Shown: positions 21,401 to 35,100, numbered from the stretch's first letter. The stretch is DNA of 64,000 nt from Tubulanus polymorphus (GCF_964204645.1 NC_134026.1:30910150-30974149); one strand, 5' to 3'. Numbers and translations: made by a program. The notes: generated from the letters alone by a model not told the origin.

Positions 21401-23156
21401 AATATGTGCCTTTTTGCAAAGAGGAATAAAGCATGTAGTACTGTAGGTGTCTGGATTCTGATGTACCCCTGGACCCGACCCTACTGAGCCATCTTTCACA
21501 TATACTCAATTGATGTTTCTTTTTGTAGATTTAACTGTGTAAATGTTTTAAGGAGTTCATGTAGGTTAAATTGAGCAATTCTAGAGACATCGAGGAGAGT
21601 CGAATACAATATATTTCATTAGTTTGTCGCCGCTGATTGGGCACGGGATGGGGCGGGCAACAGCACCATCTTGTGATTTAAGTAAGTTTCGATTGAGTTT
21701 TATTTCGGGACGAATCGATGACAGGAAATACTTGACAACATTTAGTCGAAGTCCCTGACTGGGAAATAGCAGCGTCTCGCGTCATACCCAGTCAAGTTTA
21801 TATCAATTATTAGAAGATCTTCCATTTTCCTTTTAATATCACAAAAATGGCATTTTAATTGCGCAAAGTTCCATCCATATCATTAAACACAAGTCATCAA
21901 TGATTTTTTCTCTACCCCTGCGGTGGTGATTCGATCGGATAGTTATTATCAAAATCTTCCGCGTTTTATAAGAAATACAATTAAGAGCTATCTTTCTTTC
22001 GTTCGCTAATGGATGAATGTCTATGATTAGATAAATCACATTTTCTGCCCTAAGCGTTTTCTTAACTTCGCATCATTGAACACGAGAGCTTTTTCATTGT
22101 CTGTTTTATTATAAATGAATGATTTATAAAATAGAAATCTACGTAGATGAATCGATGGTCTATGAATAGGTCGACAGTGGTTTAAGCCATTCCAGGGTTC
22201 AGTGTTTGAATCCTGGTGGTAGCCGAAGTTTATTGGTCGAAGATTCTTCTCTTGCCGTTTTTGTTTTTTATTCGACTGGTTTATCACAGGCCCCGATACT
22301 TGAACTATCTATATCCTCAAGAAGCGATCGATGTTTCTTTCAGATCAGACAGCGGTTAATAGGATGTCTCTTCTCGTTTATACATCTTCAAATGGGGACG
22401 ATTTGCCTCTCATTTTTAAACCTGATTGATTTGATGTGTTGGTGTCCTTTACAAATCCACCGCACCTGCCGTGAACGAAACAGAATCGGGTCTCTAGTTT
22501 CTAACGCGCTGTTGCTCGATTCTAACAAATTTCAAGTCGCATGTTTGAAGTTATCAGGACCAATAGACATTTATATCTGTTTTTCTACGCTTTTTACAAT
22601 TTTCAATTATATCTATTAGTTTTTGTGTAAAAGTTAGTTTTTTTTCTTTATTGCATTTCTCTTTTTTTTTCTTCACTTTTCTCTTTTGATGGACCTGTTT
22701 TATATAAACTATTCCTTAGTTTCTACAGACCCCTCCAGGTCTAATTTACTGTATTTTGTATTATGCTTTGTACACTATGCTGTAAATTATATTCGAAAAA
22801 TAAACTGTTCAAAATTCAAAAAATTCAAAAACGTCGCTGAAAATTGCGCGGATATGTCTTGTTGATATTATGATGATGGCAATCCGCTCATCATACGGTC
22901 GGTTACTCGAACAGACAAACACGGTTAGGTAAACTCCATCGCTGATAATACGGTAATACAGGATGAAACCATACAGCAGTCAACGATCGTGTGGTATATA
23001 TATATACTTCAGCAATCTTTTTATGGATTGAGAGTCGTCGGTAAATCCAGCCATGAATAAATGATTTGGCTCATCGCGTCACAGCCTAACTACTGTATGG
23101 ACTATACAGATTCAACTACCACCAGTTTTCTATTTCTAGCCGATATAATCTTATAA

Positions 23157-23310
23157 AAACCATCGATGAAACACTCTGAGTCCGTGTGTGATAAAGATGA
23201 TATTGAAAATCCCTGCACACTAAGAACGAAAAACTAACGAAATGTTTTCTTGAGCTTGTGTAGTTTATTTGACGTTCCGACCTTACCGTAAAAGTCATCT
23301 ACAGGAATAT
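23157..23310 (-). mobile_element. Dispersed copy of the HHR family-1 element (degenerate core)
   Basis: Minus strand tattcCTGTAGAtgact...gtcGGAACGTCaaataaactacacaagctcaag plus the shared 3' tail ...ggactcagagtgtttcatcgatgg. Confidence 0.7.
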
Positions 23311-24074
23311 TTGTCTACAATTCAGAGCAAAGAAATTAATCAATAGTGATAAATTGTGAAAACAGCTACAAAAATAAACTGAGCGCATAAAGCAGGGAAC
23401 TAACTATAAGAGGTAGTTACAGTTTCCCTTATACAGGGAATAGTTATGATACAATTTTCATTCGTGCCACAAAACGTAATCAATTACATATCTAAAAACC
23501 TGGTTGATGATTTTCATCTGTGAAATGAATAATTAATTTTTCGTGTCGCGGTATATGATATGTCTCTGAAGTTGATTCTCGAGGACTATTCTGTTTCGGG
23601 TATATTTGATTATTTCGCACTAATTTGTTCAACCAGTGACAATTCTTTCCGCTGACTCTATTTCGAGTAGCCGATGTTGCCGTCATTTGCAAACCTATTT
23701 AGGATTGAGTTACATTTGATGTCCCGCGTTTTTGTCGATTCGCAGCCGCCGTTCCGAAGCCCGAGGAAATCAAAATAAACATTGGTTTGTTGAGTAATTG
23801 GCAATAGGAAGTTGAATGGGCTGATGTTTCCCTCAGGGGGGTTCAAGGCCATCCATTTCAATTTACCTTAAATACCCTTAAAGCTGTTGTCATGGTAATT
23901 GTGTATAAGAAATATGGACGTGAATTTGTAAGATTTCCTCTAGAGATGTGCTTTTTGCAAATGTAGAAAATGAAATTTTGTAATTTCACAAGTTAACAAT
24001 TCGTCGCGGAACTTTCATCGTGCATCGCTGTTCCACTGCATCGCTTGAAGCGCAGTTCTGAAATATGCTATTTT

Positions 24075-24650
24075 AAGTTGTGAGATCGCTTATAGAACCA
24101 AATGAGTTTAGACTGGTCTTAAGTTGTTAGATTGACTATAGAACCGAAATGAGCTTAGACTTGTCTTAAGTTGTTAGATTGGTTATAGAACCGAAATGAG
24201 CTTAGACTTGTCTTAAGTTGTTAGATCGCTTATAGAACCAAATGAGTTTAGACTGGTCTTAAGTTGTTAGATTGACTATAGAACCGAAATGAGCTTAGAC
24301 TTGTCTTAAGTTGTTAGATTGGTTATAGAACCGAAATGAGCTTAGACTTGTCTTAAGTTGTTAGATTGGTTATAGAACCGAAATGAGCTTAGACTGGTCT
24401 TAATTTGTTAGATTGACTATAGAAACCGAAATGAGCTTAAACTGGTCTTAAGTTGTTAGATTGACTATAGAAACCGAAATGAGCTTAGACTTGTCTTAAG
24501 TTGTTAGATTGGTTAAAGAACCAACATGAGCTTAGACTGGTCTTAAGTTGTTAGATTGACTATAGAAACCGAAATGAATTCAGACTGGTCTTAAGTAGTT
24601 AGATTGACTATAGAAACCGAAATGAATTCAGACTGGTCTTAAGTTGTTAT
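24075..24650 (-). repeat. 47-48-bp tandem repeat, about 13 copies, reverse complement of the 18.2-kb array
   Basis: Unit ttaagttgttagattggttatagaaccgaaatgagcttagactggtc; an approximately 140-bp trimer is duplicated (atcgct variant at 24085 and 24225). Confidence 0.95.
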
Positions 24651-25774
24651 ATATTTGTTAAAGAACATAGCTTAAACCAAATTTAAATTTAAAACCAGTC
24701 TTAATATTTGAGAGAGCGTTTCGATTTAAGTCTCGACTATGGACGTCTCGGCTCTCGAAAAAACTGTATAAAGTTGGTCTTATACTTGAGTCTTGGTTTC
24801 AGATTATCCATCTGTCGCTCAGAATTAAGTCTCGACTGCAAAACCTTGATTTAAACCAAAGCAATACCAGGAATTTCACATCGAGATAAAAATAATTCGT
24901 CGCAATATTTGATTAGTAAGATAATAAATCATAGCATTTCTCTACATTTCAACGGACGAACTGAAAAGACATAAGGAACATAAGGAGAATTTATTGTTGC
25001 ACTTGTCGGCGACATTGTACAATAAATTACATTCGTCCTCTCTGATTCTGTTACATATAAATTCAATTCGATGGTTTAAAGCTAACCTGATTTCAATAGA
25101 AGAAGAACTAATGGACCATCTTTCATTGGCCTCAGTTCAACGCGGGTCTTCCTTGATTTTACCAACCAAAACATCCATTTTACAGCAAACGATCACCGAT
25201 GTCTAGACTGAAGGATGGGAAGAGCAATCTTTGTAAAACGTCTTCGTGGAAATGATTAACTGTCTGTAGTATGATTGGGTCATGTTCGACAATTCACCAT
25301 CTCTGATTAGGCATTTGAAAAGGGAGTCAAATTTTTCGAATCTATCTCTAAATCGAGTGAGGCCTCCGGTATCATCTGCGACAATTTCAACGCATTAAAT
25401 AATGATTTACATTCTGCGTTCAATGGATCAAGACTGGAGGCGAATTGTTACAAATGCCAAACAGATCTGGAATTATTTCTTATGTCGCGTTCGCAGCTTA
25501 ACATCTTGCAGCCACATTTTCTGACATCGCTCAACGAATCAATAACGCATCAAAATAATCAAAAATAACATCGGCTTCGACAAAATATCATTCAGAAATC
25601 GTATGAATCCAATGTGAATGAATGATTTCAGCAAAAAACCAAAATAGCGTTTTATTTAGCGCGGTAACATTTTGATCTAAGTGTGATCTGTTTTTATCGC
25701 TAATTTTCGTTTCTGTTTCGTGTCTGGAGTCGGAACCAGCGCGCACAGTTTGTGGTCGTTACCTTCAAACACTC

Positions 25775-25900
25775 ATTATCTCTCCCTCTCTCTTCTCCCT
25801 CTCTCTTCTCTCCTCTCTCTCTCTCTCTCACTCTCTTTTCTCTCTCCCACTCCCCCTGTCTCTCTACTCTCCTCTCTCTCTTCCTCGATTTCTCTCTATT
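25775..25900. repeat. CT-rich low-complexity tract
   Basis: Imperfect (CT)n run. Confidence 0.85.
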
Positions 25901-26159
25901 ACCACGTAATGGCCTCGGAAACTGTCCTTTATTTTTGCTACGGTGTCACCTTGAACGATTGACATTGAACGTTCACCGTTTTGTGACATCAATTTGTTTC
26001 ACGTTAAATACACATGTACTACGAAATCAAATTTATTAATAACTTCCCTCGACTTATCGATAATTAAACAGCATCGACGACATGACACACTGATTTTCAA
26101 GATCAAAGCTGAAATATAAACGTATTAACTGGAGCTATTGAATTCAATACAATCAATTG

Positions 26160-26350
26160 TTGTTCTGTTCTGGATGAAAAGTTGCGGGACATACGTGAGG
26201 AGATTCCCATTCAAATGAATAATGACGTCACTGGAGATTCCATTCTATTAATTCCAGTCGAGCATGTCAGTAATCAGACCGGTCAGTGTGGCCGAGGGGT
26301 TCGGACGATCGCCTTCGACACCGGAGGTTAGAGATCGAATCCTTGCAAGG
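26160..26350 (+). mobile_element. tRNA-derived SINE-like repeat, copy 1
   Basis: A-box-like TGGCCGAGGGG and B-box-like GATCGAATCC in 26281-26345; highly similar to 46810-46990, including about 120 bp upstream. Confidence 0.6.
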
Positions 26351-27980
26351 ATTTTCTGGATTTCGCGTACACGCTCACCCCAAGTTGCAAATTTTTTTGT
26401 TAGTTTTGATATAATCGTTTCATACATTCATTAAGAAAATCTCATTCGAAATCACAAAAGTCTTTTTAGTAACGAGGTTTTCTATTCCTCAGCCGAGGAT
26501 GAGAGACCACGAGAAGAACTTCGATCAATGAATCCCGGATTGTGACGAGGGATCACGTCAATGGTGGACACCACGATGAACTGATATCTCAAACTTAAAA
26601 ACAGACTGAAATGTACAAAAGTAATCATTCGATCGTCGATCGGAGCTAACTGGACGTTCGGTCGTGATGCTTTCACAGTGTCGACCATCTCGAAACTAGG
26701 TGCTAACTACAGCTACCACGCTCAATCCCGTAGTCGATCGGCCATGTCCGGACCATAGTTCTGACTAACTGACATTCGATTTCACTTTTGTAGTTCGCGA
26801 ATAATCGCTGACTCTGATAACCGAGGTTCTCCCAGGTGTAGACTGATGTCATCACATCACATCGTACAACCATCACAATAGTCTGAGTCTGTCTAACTCT
26901 TATTTCACGAACACGAGAAACGTTTCAGGACTTTTTTCAATTAATGTCATGATAACTTGTCCGCGCACTTCACACGAGCTAGTCGATACTCTGCTTACAT
27001 CCCGTACCACAATGTTTTGATTTACATTTTTCTCACACAGGTTCAGATGGTGAAAACCTGCCCTGCTCTGACTGGACTCAGCATTCATTCATTATCCACC
27101 GATCGAGATCGCACGACCGCCTACGGTCAGAATCTGGACTGAATTAACTCTATAAAGATGTTATCAATCCTTTTTAGATCGGCTTTAGAACAAAGATTGT
27201 TGAATGCGCTCTGGGCCCTGTGAGCATTGCAATGACCACCCCTAAAGTTCTCTCTACGTCATGTCCTGTTCTTTATGGACTGCTTAAAGCCACTAGCAGT
27301 ATTATACAATGCGATGTGAAAACGATGCCGGTTAATGTCCCGTTCCCGGCATCCCTCTCCATCATATGATAAAGTTGTGGAGCAGCTGCGTGTGAGCCTA
27401 ATTAGAAACAAAGTAGGAAGAAATGGTACATTGAAGGAGGTAAACTTTGCTGTTAGCGCATAGTAGCTTACTTTAGATAGATGACACATATTGACGCCAC
27501 TATTGGTATAGCGGAAGCTCAATGCTCCCAGTCACCTAGTTAACATTCAAAGTACTACTTGTCTTAACGCTAACTGATTCTGATAAGATATTTTCCGTGA
27601 CAGGTGAAACCGCATGGGAGCTGTCCACAATATTGATATTCAACGCCCCCTGGTCGATTACGGGAACCACTGATGACATTGAAACTCACCACAATCATAG
27701 AGCATGTCATAGCTTCAGCTTTTGAGGTTAAACGTGGTTACAAAATATGCATAGGTACCAATATCTATCTGTAGCATTAATCTATATTCGATAATGATTA
27801 GTAGAGAGATTAGCACGTGAAAATTTGAATTAGAAACAAGATCGTATCCCGACAGTGCGCCGGCTATCAATCTCCTCAATTAGGCAACAATTTTAGTTTC
27901 ATTTCACACGCAAATAGCTCACGTGAAAATCACCACGACTAAACCCGTTTCGACAAAACACGGTTGATCTAGCGAACATT

Positions 27981-28989
27981 ATGCCGGTCAGAACGTTGTT
28001 GAACGTCTCCTCCGCGGATTGCAAGGTTTACGAGACGGTCCGATGGCTGATGAACGCCTACATTCTCCCACCGGTAATCCTTTGTTGGCTTCACGTTCAG
28101 CTCAATGGTCGTCATCGTTTTCGTACGTTTAAAATACAACAACCATCGTTCTGCATGTTTGCTCACCGCTCTCGCCGTGGTCGACAATCTCTTCCTAATC
28201 GTGCAGTCCACACTCGAGCCGCTGCGCTATTTCTTACTATTCGGCGAACGCGGGATGGCACGATGTTTTCCGTGGCCCGTGAAACCGATAATTTACATTT
28301 TCGGTGATATTCTATAAAGCGTTTTTACTTATGAGAAACTGGTTCATCGTTCTGATACAAGTCGAGCGACTGATCACGATTATTAAGCCGCTAAAGGCCG
28401 GTTTGCCGGAGGGGTATGTTCGTGGCTGCATTTGTATCGGTATGTTTTGGTATGTCTGCCACACTGACTACTATAGAACACCCGGGCCCGGATGTATGCA
28501 TTGGCGGAGAGGTCGTCTTCAGGTGGGTGGCTCTACGAAAAATCTTCGAAAGTATCAACTTTCTGGTCGATCCACTTCTGCGATCGATTCTGCCGACATT
28601 GTTCGTGTTTGTTTCCAACATCATGCTGTTGGTCGTGCTCTACGGGAAGTTGTAGCAAAGCAAGGCAATCACGACTGGTACCAAGGAGAGGGGGAGCAGG
28701 GCTCGAAGCTGGTACCAAGGGGAGCAGGGCTCTTCCGACATGAAGTCGACGAAAATGGTTATTACGATCGATGAGCGTCGTTTTTCTGTTTTCTGGAAAT
28801 TCCGGGTTCGACTTCGAAAATGAGCGAATTGTTTTTTGATAAACCGATAGAGGTCGCCAATGTTTGACGCTCTATCCAATCCATATGACTTCATCAGTTT
28901 TAAACTCACGCGTCAATTTCATTCTATATTTCATCGCCAACGTCAATTTCAGATCGATGACACACGAAATAGTGACTTGTAAGAAATAG
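27981..28989 (+). pseudogene. Frameshifted class A neuropeptide GPCR (FMRFamide/myosuppressin-receptor-like)
   Basis: Successive frames give AYILPPVILC (TM1), LLTALAVVDNLFL (TM2), NWFIVLIQVERLITIIKPLKA (TM3), LLRSILPTLFVFVSNIMLL (TM5), an in-frame TAG at 28653, KSTKMVITI (TM6) and VNFILYFIANVNFR...KK* (TM7). At least four frameshifts. Confidence 0.8.
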
Positions 28990-29998
28990 AAATTTTGATT
29001 GGAAGAATTGTGATAAGTTCCGATTCACTGCGAGTTATTCAGCACTTATTTCAATTCGAAAAGTTCAATTTTATTTCTCATCTTATCATATTAACAAACT
29101 CCTGAGCGACCACGCCCTCAGATTCACCGCGGATATTCTAATCTTTACTTATTCAAATCACATTCAGATTTATTGTTCTATGCAGTGTGTACAAAAAGTT
29201 ACGTTTCGCCAAAAACATTTTGATTTTCTCACGTTTCCTAGAAGCGGGGATAAGATGGATAAGCGACAAACCCGCACTTATTTTCACAGCTGTTTTTGTG
29301 AATCCCGTAGCGTCAAACAAAAGCTGAATTTCCGAGTAAATGTCCACATAAAACAGAGTCGGTTTTTATAGTGTCCTCTCGTCGGGAACTGCGCCTTAAT
29401 TAACACGTTAAGCGGCGTCACTGAGTAAAGGATTATTTACGCCGCTGTTATCGCGGTTAAATCCGTCAACACGATTCTATTCTACTATCATAATCTGGAT
29501 ATCAACATCGTTCTGACAGCCGAATTTTCAACGATTAGCTGCTGCGTAGAGAAGGACATTCATGCAGCCGATCCTTCGCCTATATATAATATCCCATTGA
29601 CACCTACCCAATGCTCAATCTGTCATCAACGCGCACTGTTTTATTGACCGAATTCAAACATCAACTATAATTGGGTGATTAGTGCTGGTACTGGATATAG
29701 GTGATATTTTTAGTCGTAGTCATAAATAGTTTGAATATTCGTAGTGGGAATAAACTGGTCAGTTCAGTGCACATCTAAAACATCATTCATATATACTATA
29801 TTCATCTATAGAGCTGCTGCCGAACCCAGTTGCACAATTCCACAATTCCACAGTTCCACAGTTCCACAGTTCCCGGTTAAAACGTGTCTAAGTACGTTTA
29901 AATGAAATGTTTGTGACGCATGTTCTGTAAGGTGACCCAAATGTAACAACTTGCTTCATTGGATACCTTCAATTAAATTCATATTCTGTAAATCTGGA

Positions 29999-30135
29999 GG
30001 GCCAGTTCCATAGACAGGGCTTAGACTTAAGACCAGTCTACGACAATCTTGGTTATATAGCCTATCTAACAAATAAGACCAGACTTAAGATTTAAGACCA
30101 CTTTTGGTCGTAAGTCTCGACTATGGAACTGGCCC
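29999..30135. mobile_element. MITE with GGGCCAGTT-type TIRs (PIF/Harbinger-like) containing one 47-bp satellite unit
   Basis: gggccagttccatag ... ctatggaactggccc TIRs; internal ttaagaccagtcta...ttggttatatagcctatctaacaa. Confidence 0.7.
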
Positions 30136-30339
30136 CAGGACTATTTATTATCAAACCAATCTCTGCATGTTCATCATGTTTATTATCAACTTCCATTTAT
30201 ATGTAACATATTGCATTTATATCATTGTTCTGGCAGAAATGTTCTTTCGTAGAACAATAAATCTAAATGTGAATTCATTATTATCTGACTATACTTCATG
30301 ATAACCTGCAGTGTAGATTCATTGTGAAATACAGATTGA

Positions 30340-30630
30340 CACATACAATACAATATAAAATCCTACACTGAATATCAATAACAAGAGTCCGAATTTTTTC
30401 TTGAACTCATATTTCTTCAACATTTCGATCATATCCTTTTTAATAGTCTTCAGGAAACGTGAAGATGACTATCAGTATTCCTGAAGATGCTATAAGATTT
30501 AAGATAAAGTCGAAACGTCGAATGACCTACTCATGTTAGTTAGTCAAAGGAAACATTTCAGACTCTTTTTATTCTTAGAGAGTGGATTTTATACCATCTT
30601 TAAAACACGGACTTTAAGTGTTTCACCTGT
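30340..30630. mobile_element. Head-to-head inverted pair of HHR family-1 elements
   Basis: Degenerate minus-strand copy (to about 30456), then plus-strand copy from 30476 tattcCTGAAGAtg...agtcGAAACGTCgaat with the shared 3' tail. Confidence 0.65.
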
Positions 30631-33600
30631 TGCAGTATTTGGCTTCGTGTAAATATCATTAATATAAAAAGTTTGAAATTTGCTTAAATTTTGCATGATT
30701 TTGTTCTCCACAAAAAAAGTGTTGTTTAATGATATTCGAGGTGAATTCGGTTCACTGTATACAGAACCGGTTTCTGCGGTTTTTAATTTACATTCCACGT
30801 CACTACAAATAATTCGATTTCCTTAAAATCAGCTTCAGCTTTTTTCAGAAGTTCGGAACGTTTTCTTTCATCTTCTAAATACTTCATCGGTAAAAATATT
30901 TGGAACAGGAATTTCACTGATGTAGGGAGAATTGAGTGCATTTAAAAGATGTTTCGGATGTAAGGATGTAATTTCAGCATTCTTCTCAGAAGTATATTGT
31001 AAAACCCGACGCTAGGACAAAGGACAACTCCGACTGTGGCCTTTAAATGAAGATTCTTCAGTAATTCTCCTCTTTCTCCTCTCTTTTTCTTCTCTCTCAC
31101 TCCCCTTTCTGCCACTTCCTCCTCGGCATTCAGCCTTCTTCTTAGAAGTATAAATATATACATCGTAAGATAATAGACTCTTGTAAACCGATGCTCGGAC
31201 CAAGGACATCCCACCCGGCAGCGACTGAGAGCAATTGTCATAAATAAGATTGCTGTTTGAGATTGGATGAAATGTGAGTAAAATTTGTCTTGATTGTTTA
31301 TGATTTTTAAGACGAATATGTGTTGTGTGAATTTGTTGTGTTGTGTGAATCTGTACTTGAATCTCACAGGGGTTGATGCCATTAGTGAGTTCACTTACAA
31401 CGGATCCGGTAACAAATCTTCAACTCATGGGTTTTTATAACAAGCATTAACAATCTCACTGCTCCACGAGTAATACGTATTAACGGAATAATATTTACAA
31501 AGAATTCTACTTGTTTTTGCTGAATCGGGCCATAACCTAAAATTCGGCGAAACACAAAAAAAGGATTTTCTAAAGGAAATTCGAGGGTTTTTATTCGTTC
31601 TGGCGTTCTGTCGCCCTCATTTGCATACCAGGAATGTTACGTTGTGGCCCAAATTAGCCACCAGTTTCACATTCAATGAGAAGTATAAACCGTTTTGGAA
31701 GTTTTGAAGTCTGACGATTTCAAATTGATATATTACCATAAACTTCAAAATAAAGCACAAGACAGTGTGAAACGGACAATAGCAAAACATAAATCATTTT
31801 TACCTATATATGATTTTACACTGTGAAAGTTATTAATCATTCTTTTGAATAAAGCATTTGAAATGTGGATTGACGCCAGAACGGTCAAACTACTTATTGT
31901 AAATATGAAAAACCGAAAGAGTTCATAGGAAATGTTATGAAGTTCACAACAAAGGAACACACTATATGTGGGCTTACTTGTGCACAATTGACTCTTTTGA
32001 ATTTTATCTAACCGTTTACTCCACGGTGGGCCATTTTTTCTTCTCAAACTCGTATTCAATTCGGGATCCGTTTTCAGGACATTCGAAACCGTGTCTAATA
32101 AGTCCTTACAATATGAACAAAACAACAGGGTGCATATCAGGCCAATTATTGTAATCATATATAGTGAACCCGGGAATATATTTAACACTTTTAATTCGAT
32201 AAGGTTACGTGGGAAAATTCTAGATTTTACAACGTAGATGTTAAGAGAATGAGGAGGACGGAGGTGGATGAATTTAGCTGCGGGTATGTATGCTATTGAA
32301 TCATAGTTTTATCTGTCTCATTCAATTCTATCCAACTCGACAGTCTACTTGCCGTAGGATTTGCCTTTCCACTATTTCCGTAGATTTACCAAACGAACAC
32401 TTATTTACGCGCGGCACTCTTCTATCCGTTCAGCCACCGGGAGATCATACTTTTTTTGTCCGTAGATTTTTTTTCTTTAAGCTATTAACATTCAAGCAAC
32501 GTTCGTTACCGTTAATAGATGAAATACTAATTCATAAATGTCAGAAAATTGCCCAGTCTTTATCTAGTTTCTAAAGATAACATACATTATTTTCCACTGT
32601 TGTGTGATGTTTCCCTCGGGGCGAACATGAATACCGTATTAACATCACTAAATATCTGCAAGGTGTTTCAATAAGCGACATCTCGCATACAAAAAGTTAA
32701 TGACTCGCATACAAAGTAACGCGATACATGAAATGCTTAAAGGCAGTCGTTTTTACCAGATTAGATTCATGTTCTGAAATTAATAGATTCTTTTCTTGTC
32801 GGTAAAAAGTGATACGTAATCATCTAGATTATTCTGTAGTCGTTTCAACGATCGCATCAAAACGCACATACGCACATAGGTGCAAAACCTTCCAGAATAT
32901 CTCCCAACGAAAACTGCAGGGTCTGGATATAAACTGGTTTCAGTAATATCGATCCTGAATATTGAGTAGATTAGAATAACCTTATATATAATAACTGAGA
33001 CATGTCTTCATCTGACCCTGTAATGCTTCAGCGAGTATAGGTTCGATTACCGACAAATCTAGTTTTGTCAACGACGGCCCAAGAGATATAAAGCATAATC
33101 ATTTAATCACGTGGAAATTACCGTGTATATATACACATTTCACGAGTCTGATGACATAAGGTCAGATAGATGATAGATTCATTTTCATCCTCAGTTTCCT
33201 CTATGTCCTTTACGCGCACTTTCCACACTCTGAATCCATCTTGTTTCGTCTGATAGCATCATCATCCCGACTCCATCGTCTAATTTCCGTTTATCATTCC
33301 AAACTCCGAATACGAGTTCTTCACTTCTTCATCGATTGCGAGGACACACGTGATTACTACGGAGCTAAAATAAAAGCCCAGCTCTACCTGTTGAGGCATA
33401 ATCACTACTCGTTAGAGGCTGAACAGTGACCGCTTTCAAGGATGCTTCACCTTCCTTTTATTGGATTAGATCTAATCAACTAAATGTAATTGGCTGAACT
33501 CCCCCACTTCAGCGCTACCGACCACAAACAATCTTCAATTTAAGAGTCGCTCGCTACAATAATTATATACATTTGGTTCCATCAACAACTACTGGAGTGT

Positions 33601-33767
33601 AGGTTCACTGGTAATTTCTGTTTACGGGATTTATCGTCGTGGAGCTAATACAGGTATCAATCTACCTGAAACCACGCCCCTTTCCGGTAATCACACTGTC
33701 CAATATCTGGAGTGAAGTCCAGGGCCCAGTTTCACGGAGAAGTTTAAGTTTAACTATCTGGAGTAAA

Positions 33768-33998
33768 GTCCTGAACACACGTGAAGTGTGGACGATCAGT
33801 TTTTGGAAGTGTGCTGTTAAAATGTCTAATGCCTGGTGTTTGTAGTTCATTTTCAAATAGAAATGTCTTAGGTGAAGCACTGAACACATGTGAAGTGTGG
33901 ATGATCAGTTTGTGAAAGTGAGCTGATTAAATATCTAAAGTCTGGTGTTCGTAGTTCATTTTTGATTTAAAATGTTACGGATGTGAAATGTGGACGAT
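33768..33998. repeat. About 110-bp tandem duplication (about 2.1 copies)
   Basis: ctgaacaca(c/t)gtgaagtgtgga at 33771 and 33880; related fragment at 44515-44590. Confidence 0.75.
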
Positions 33999-34788
33999 CG
34001 ACAATTGGAAGAATGGTGATAAAGCGACTAATGTCTGAGGAGTCCAAGCTGAAAAAACCGAATGTTCAGTTGCAGGGTTCGGGCAACAGATTGATACTTT
34101 GCTACACCATTTTCTGCATGCGAGATGACCTTTTGCTAAAATACATTACTGGAAACAGGGATCAGATTTACAGCTTTTATCTTCAGTATAACGATAAGGA
34201 TTGGTTGGGGATATATATCTTATAGAATGCAACCCGATAGAAGGCCAGGATAACAGGTCTTAACCGGGTCCCGGGTGTATACATTTAGAACACACCGTGT
34301 TTGAAGATCTTCAGAAGACGTTACTCTTACCCCAGATAAATCTCTCAAAGATCGTCGTCGATATCTCGTAAAGGTCTTATTCGTATAGATATCTTTAGAT
34401 CGACTATACTTATCAACACGTTTGACCTTGTGCTCGCGAACCCGTGAATAATCTATACACACGACCCGCGACAAAATATAGACGTGCGAACATTGATTAT
34501 AACATTACGGGTGACAACACTCGTCTCAACTTACATTTTCCGCTATTGATTCCTATCCTGATCATGATTAGATAATTAATTGAACAGATATAATTGAATA
34601 GATCGAGTCTCGTTTTCTGTTATATTGATGGTTGTTACGGCGTTATGAGATTTATTCACACAGAAACCGTGATTTCAGGCACCAACATCCAGTTGCACAG
34701 TGACCAGTAAAGTTTGACAATATCATAAAAGTTGTTATACTGAAATACACGAAAAGTCAGATAAACTACATTAGCTCAAGGAATACAG

Positions 34789-34895
34789 TATTCCTGAAGA
34801 TGACTATTATGATACAGTCTAAACCTCGAATAAACTACACTAGCTCAAGGAAACATTTCAGACCTTTTTATTTTCAGTGTGCTGGGATTTTATAT
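34789..34895 (+). mobile_element. Dispersed HHR family-1 copy (degenerate core)
   Basis: tattcCTGAAGAtgact...agtcTAAACCTCgaataaactacactagctcaagg plus tail. Confidence 0.7.
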
Positions 34896-35056
34896 TGGGT
34901 TCGAATGTACGGCATTTGCCTTTGTAATTGAAATCTTATGAATTTAATATTCAAAATCTCATCAATTGAAATTTACATCGCAGAACGAAAAGACTGATTC
35001 AGATATAATATCTGATAGAAACTCTACTGGGTAATATAAAACATGAAAATAATTAG

Positions 35057-35100
35057 TATTCCTGAAGATGACTACTAGAATAAAGTCGAAACGTTGAATA
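35057..35100 (+). ncRNA. Minimal type I hammerhead ribozyme motif (family 1), intact core; second copy with broken stem II at 35126-35169
   Basis: TATTC-CTGAAGA-T-GACT-actagaataa-AGTC-GAAAC-GTT-GAATA. Confidence 0.7.

Noticed and set aside
26281-26350. Functional tRNA gene
   Set aside because: Acceptor and anticodon stems pair poorly and the B box deviates (GATCGA); treated as a tRNA-derived repeat.
26480-27145. Fragments reminiscent of NHL/TRIM beta-propeller repeats (IADSDNR, GLSIHSLSTD)
   Set aside because: Too short and interrupted to support without a profile search.
30945-30992. Hammerhead-like minus-strand string CTGAGAAGAATG...CATCCGAAACATC
   Set aside because: The core is one base short and no stem I can be formed.
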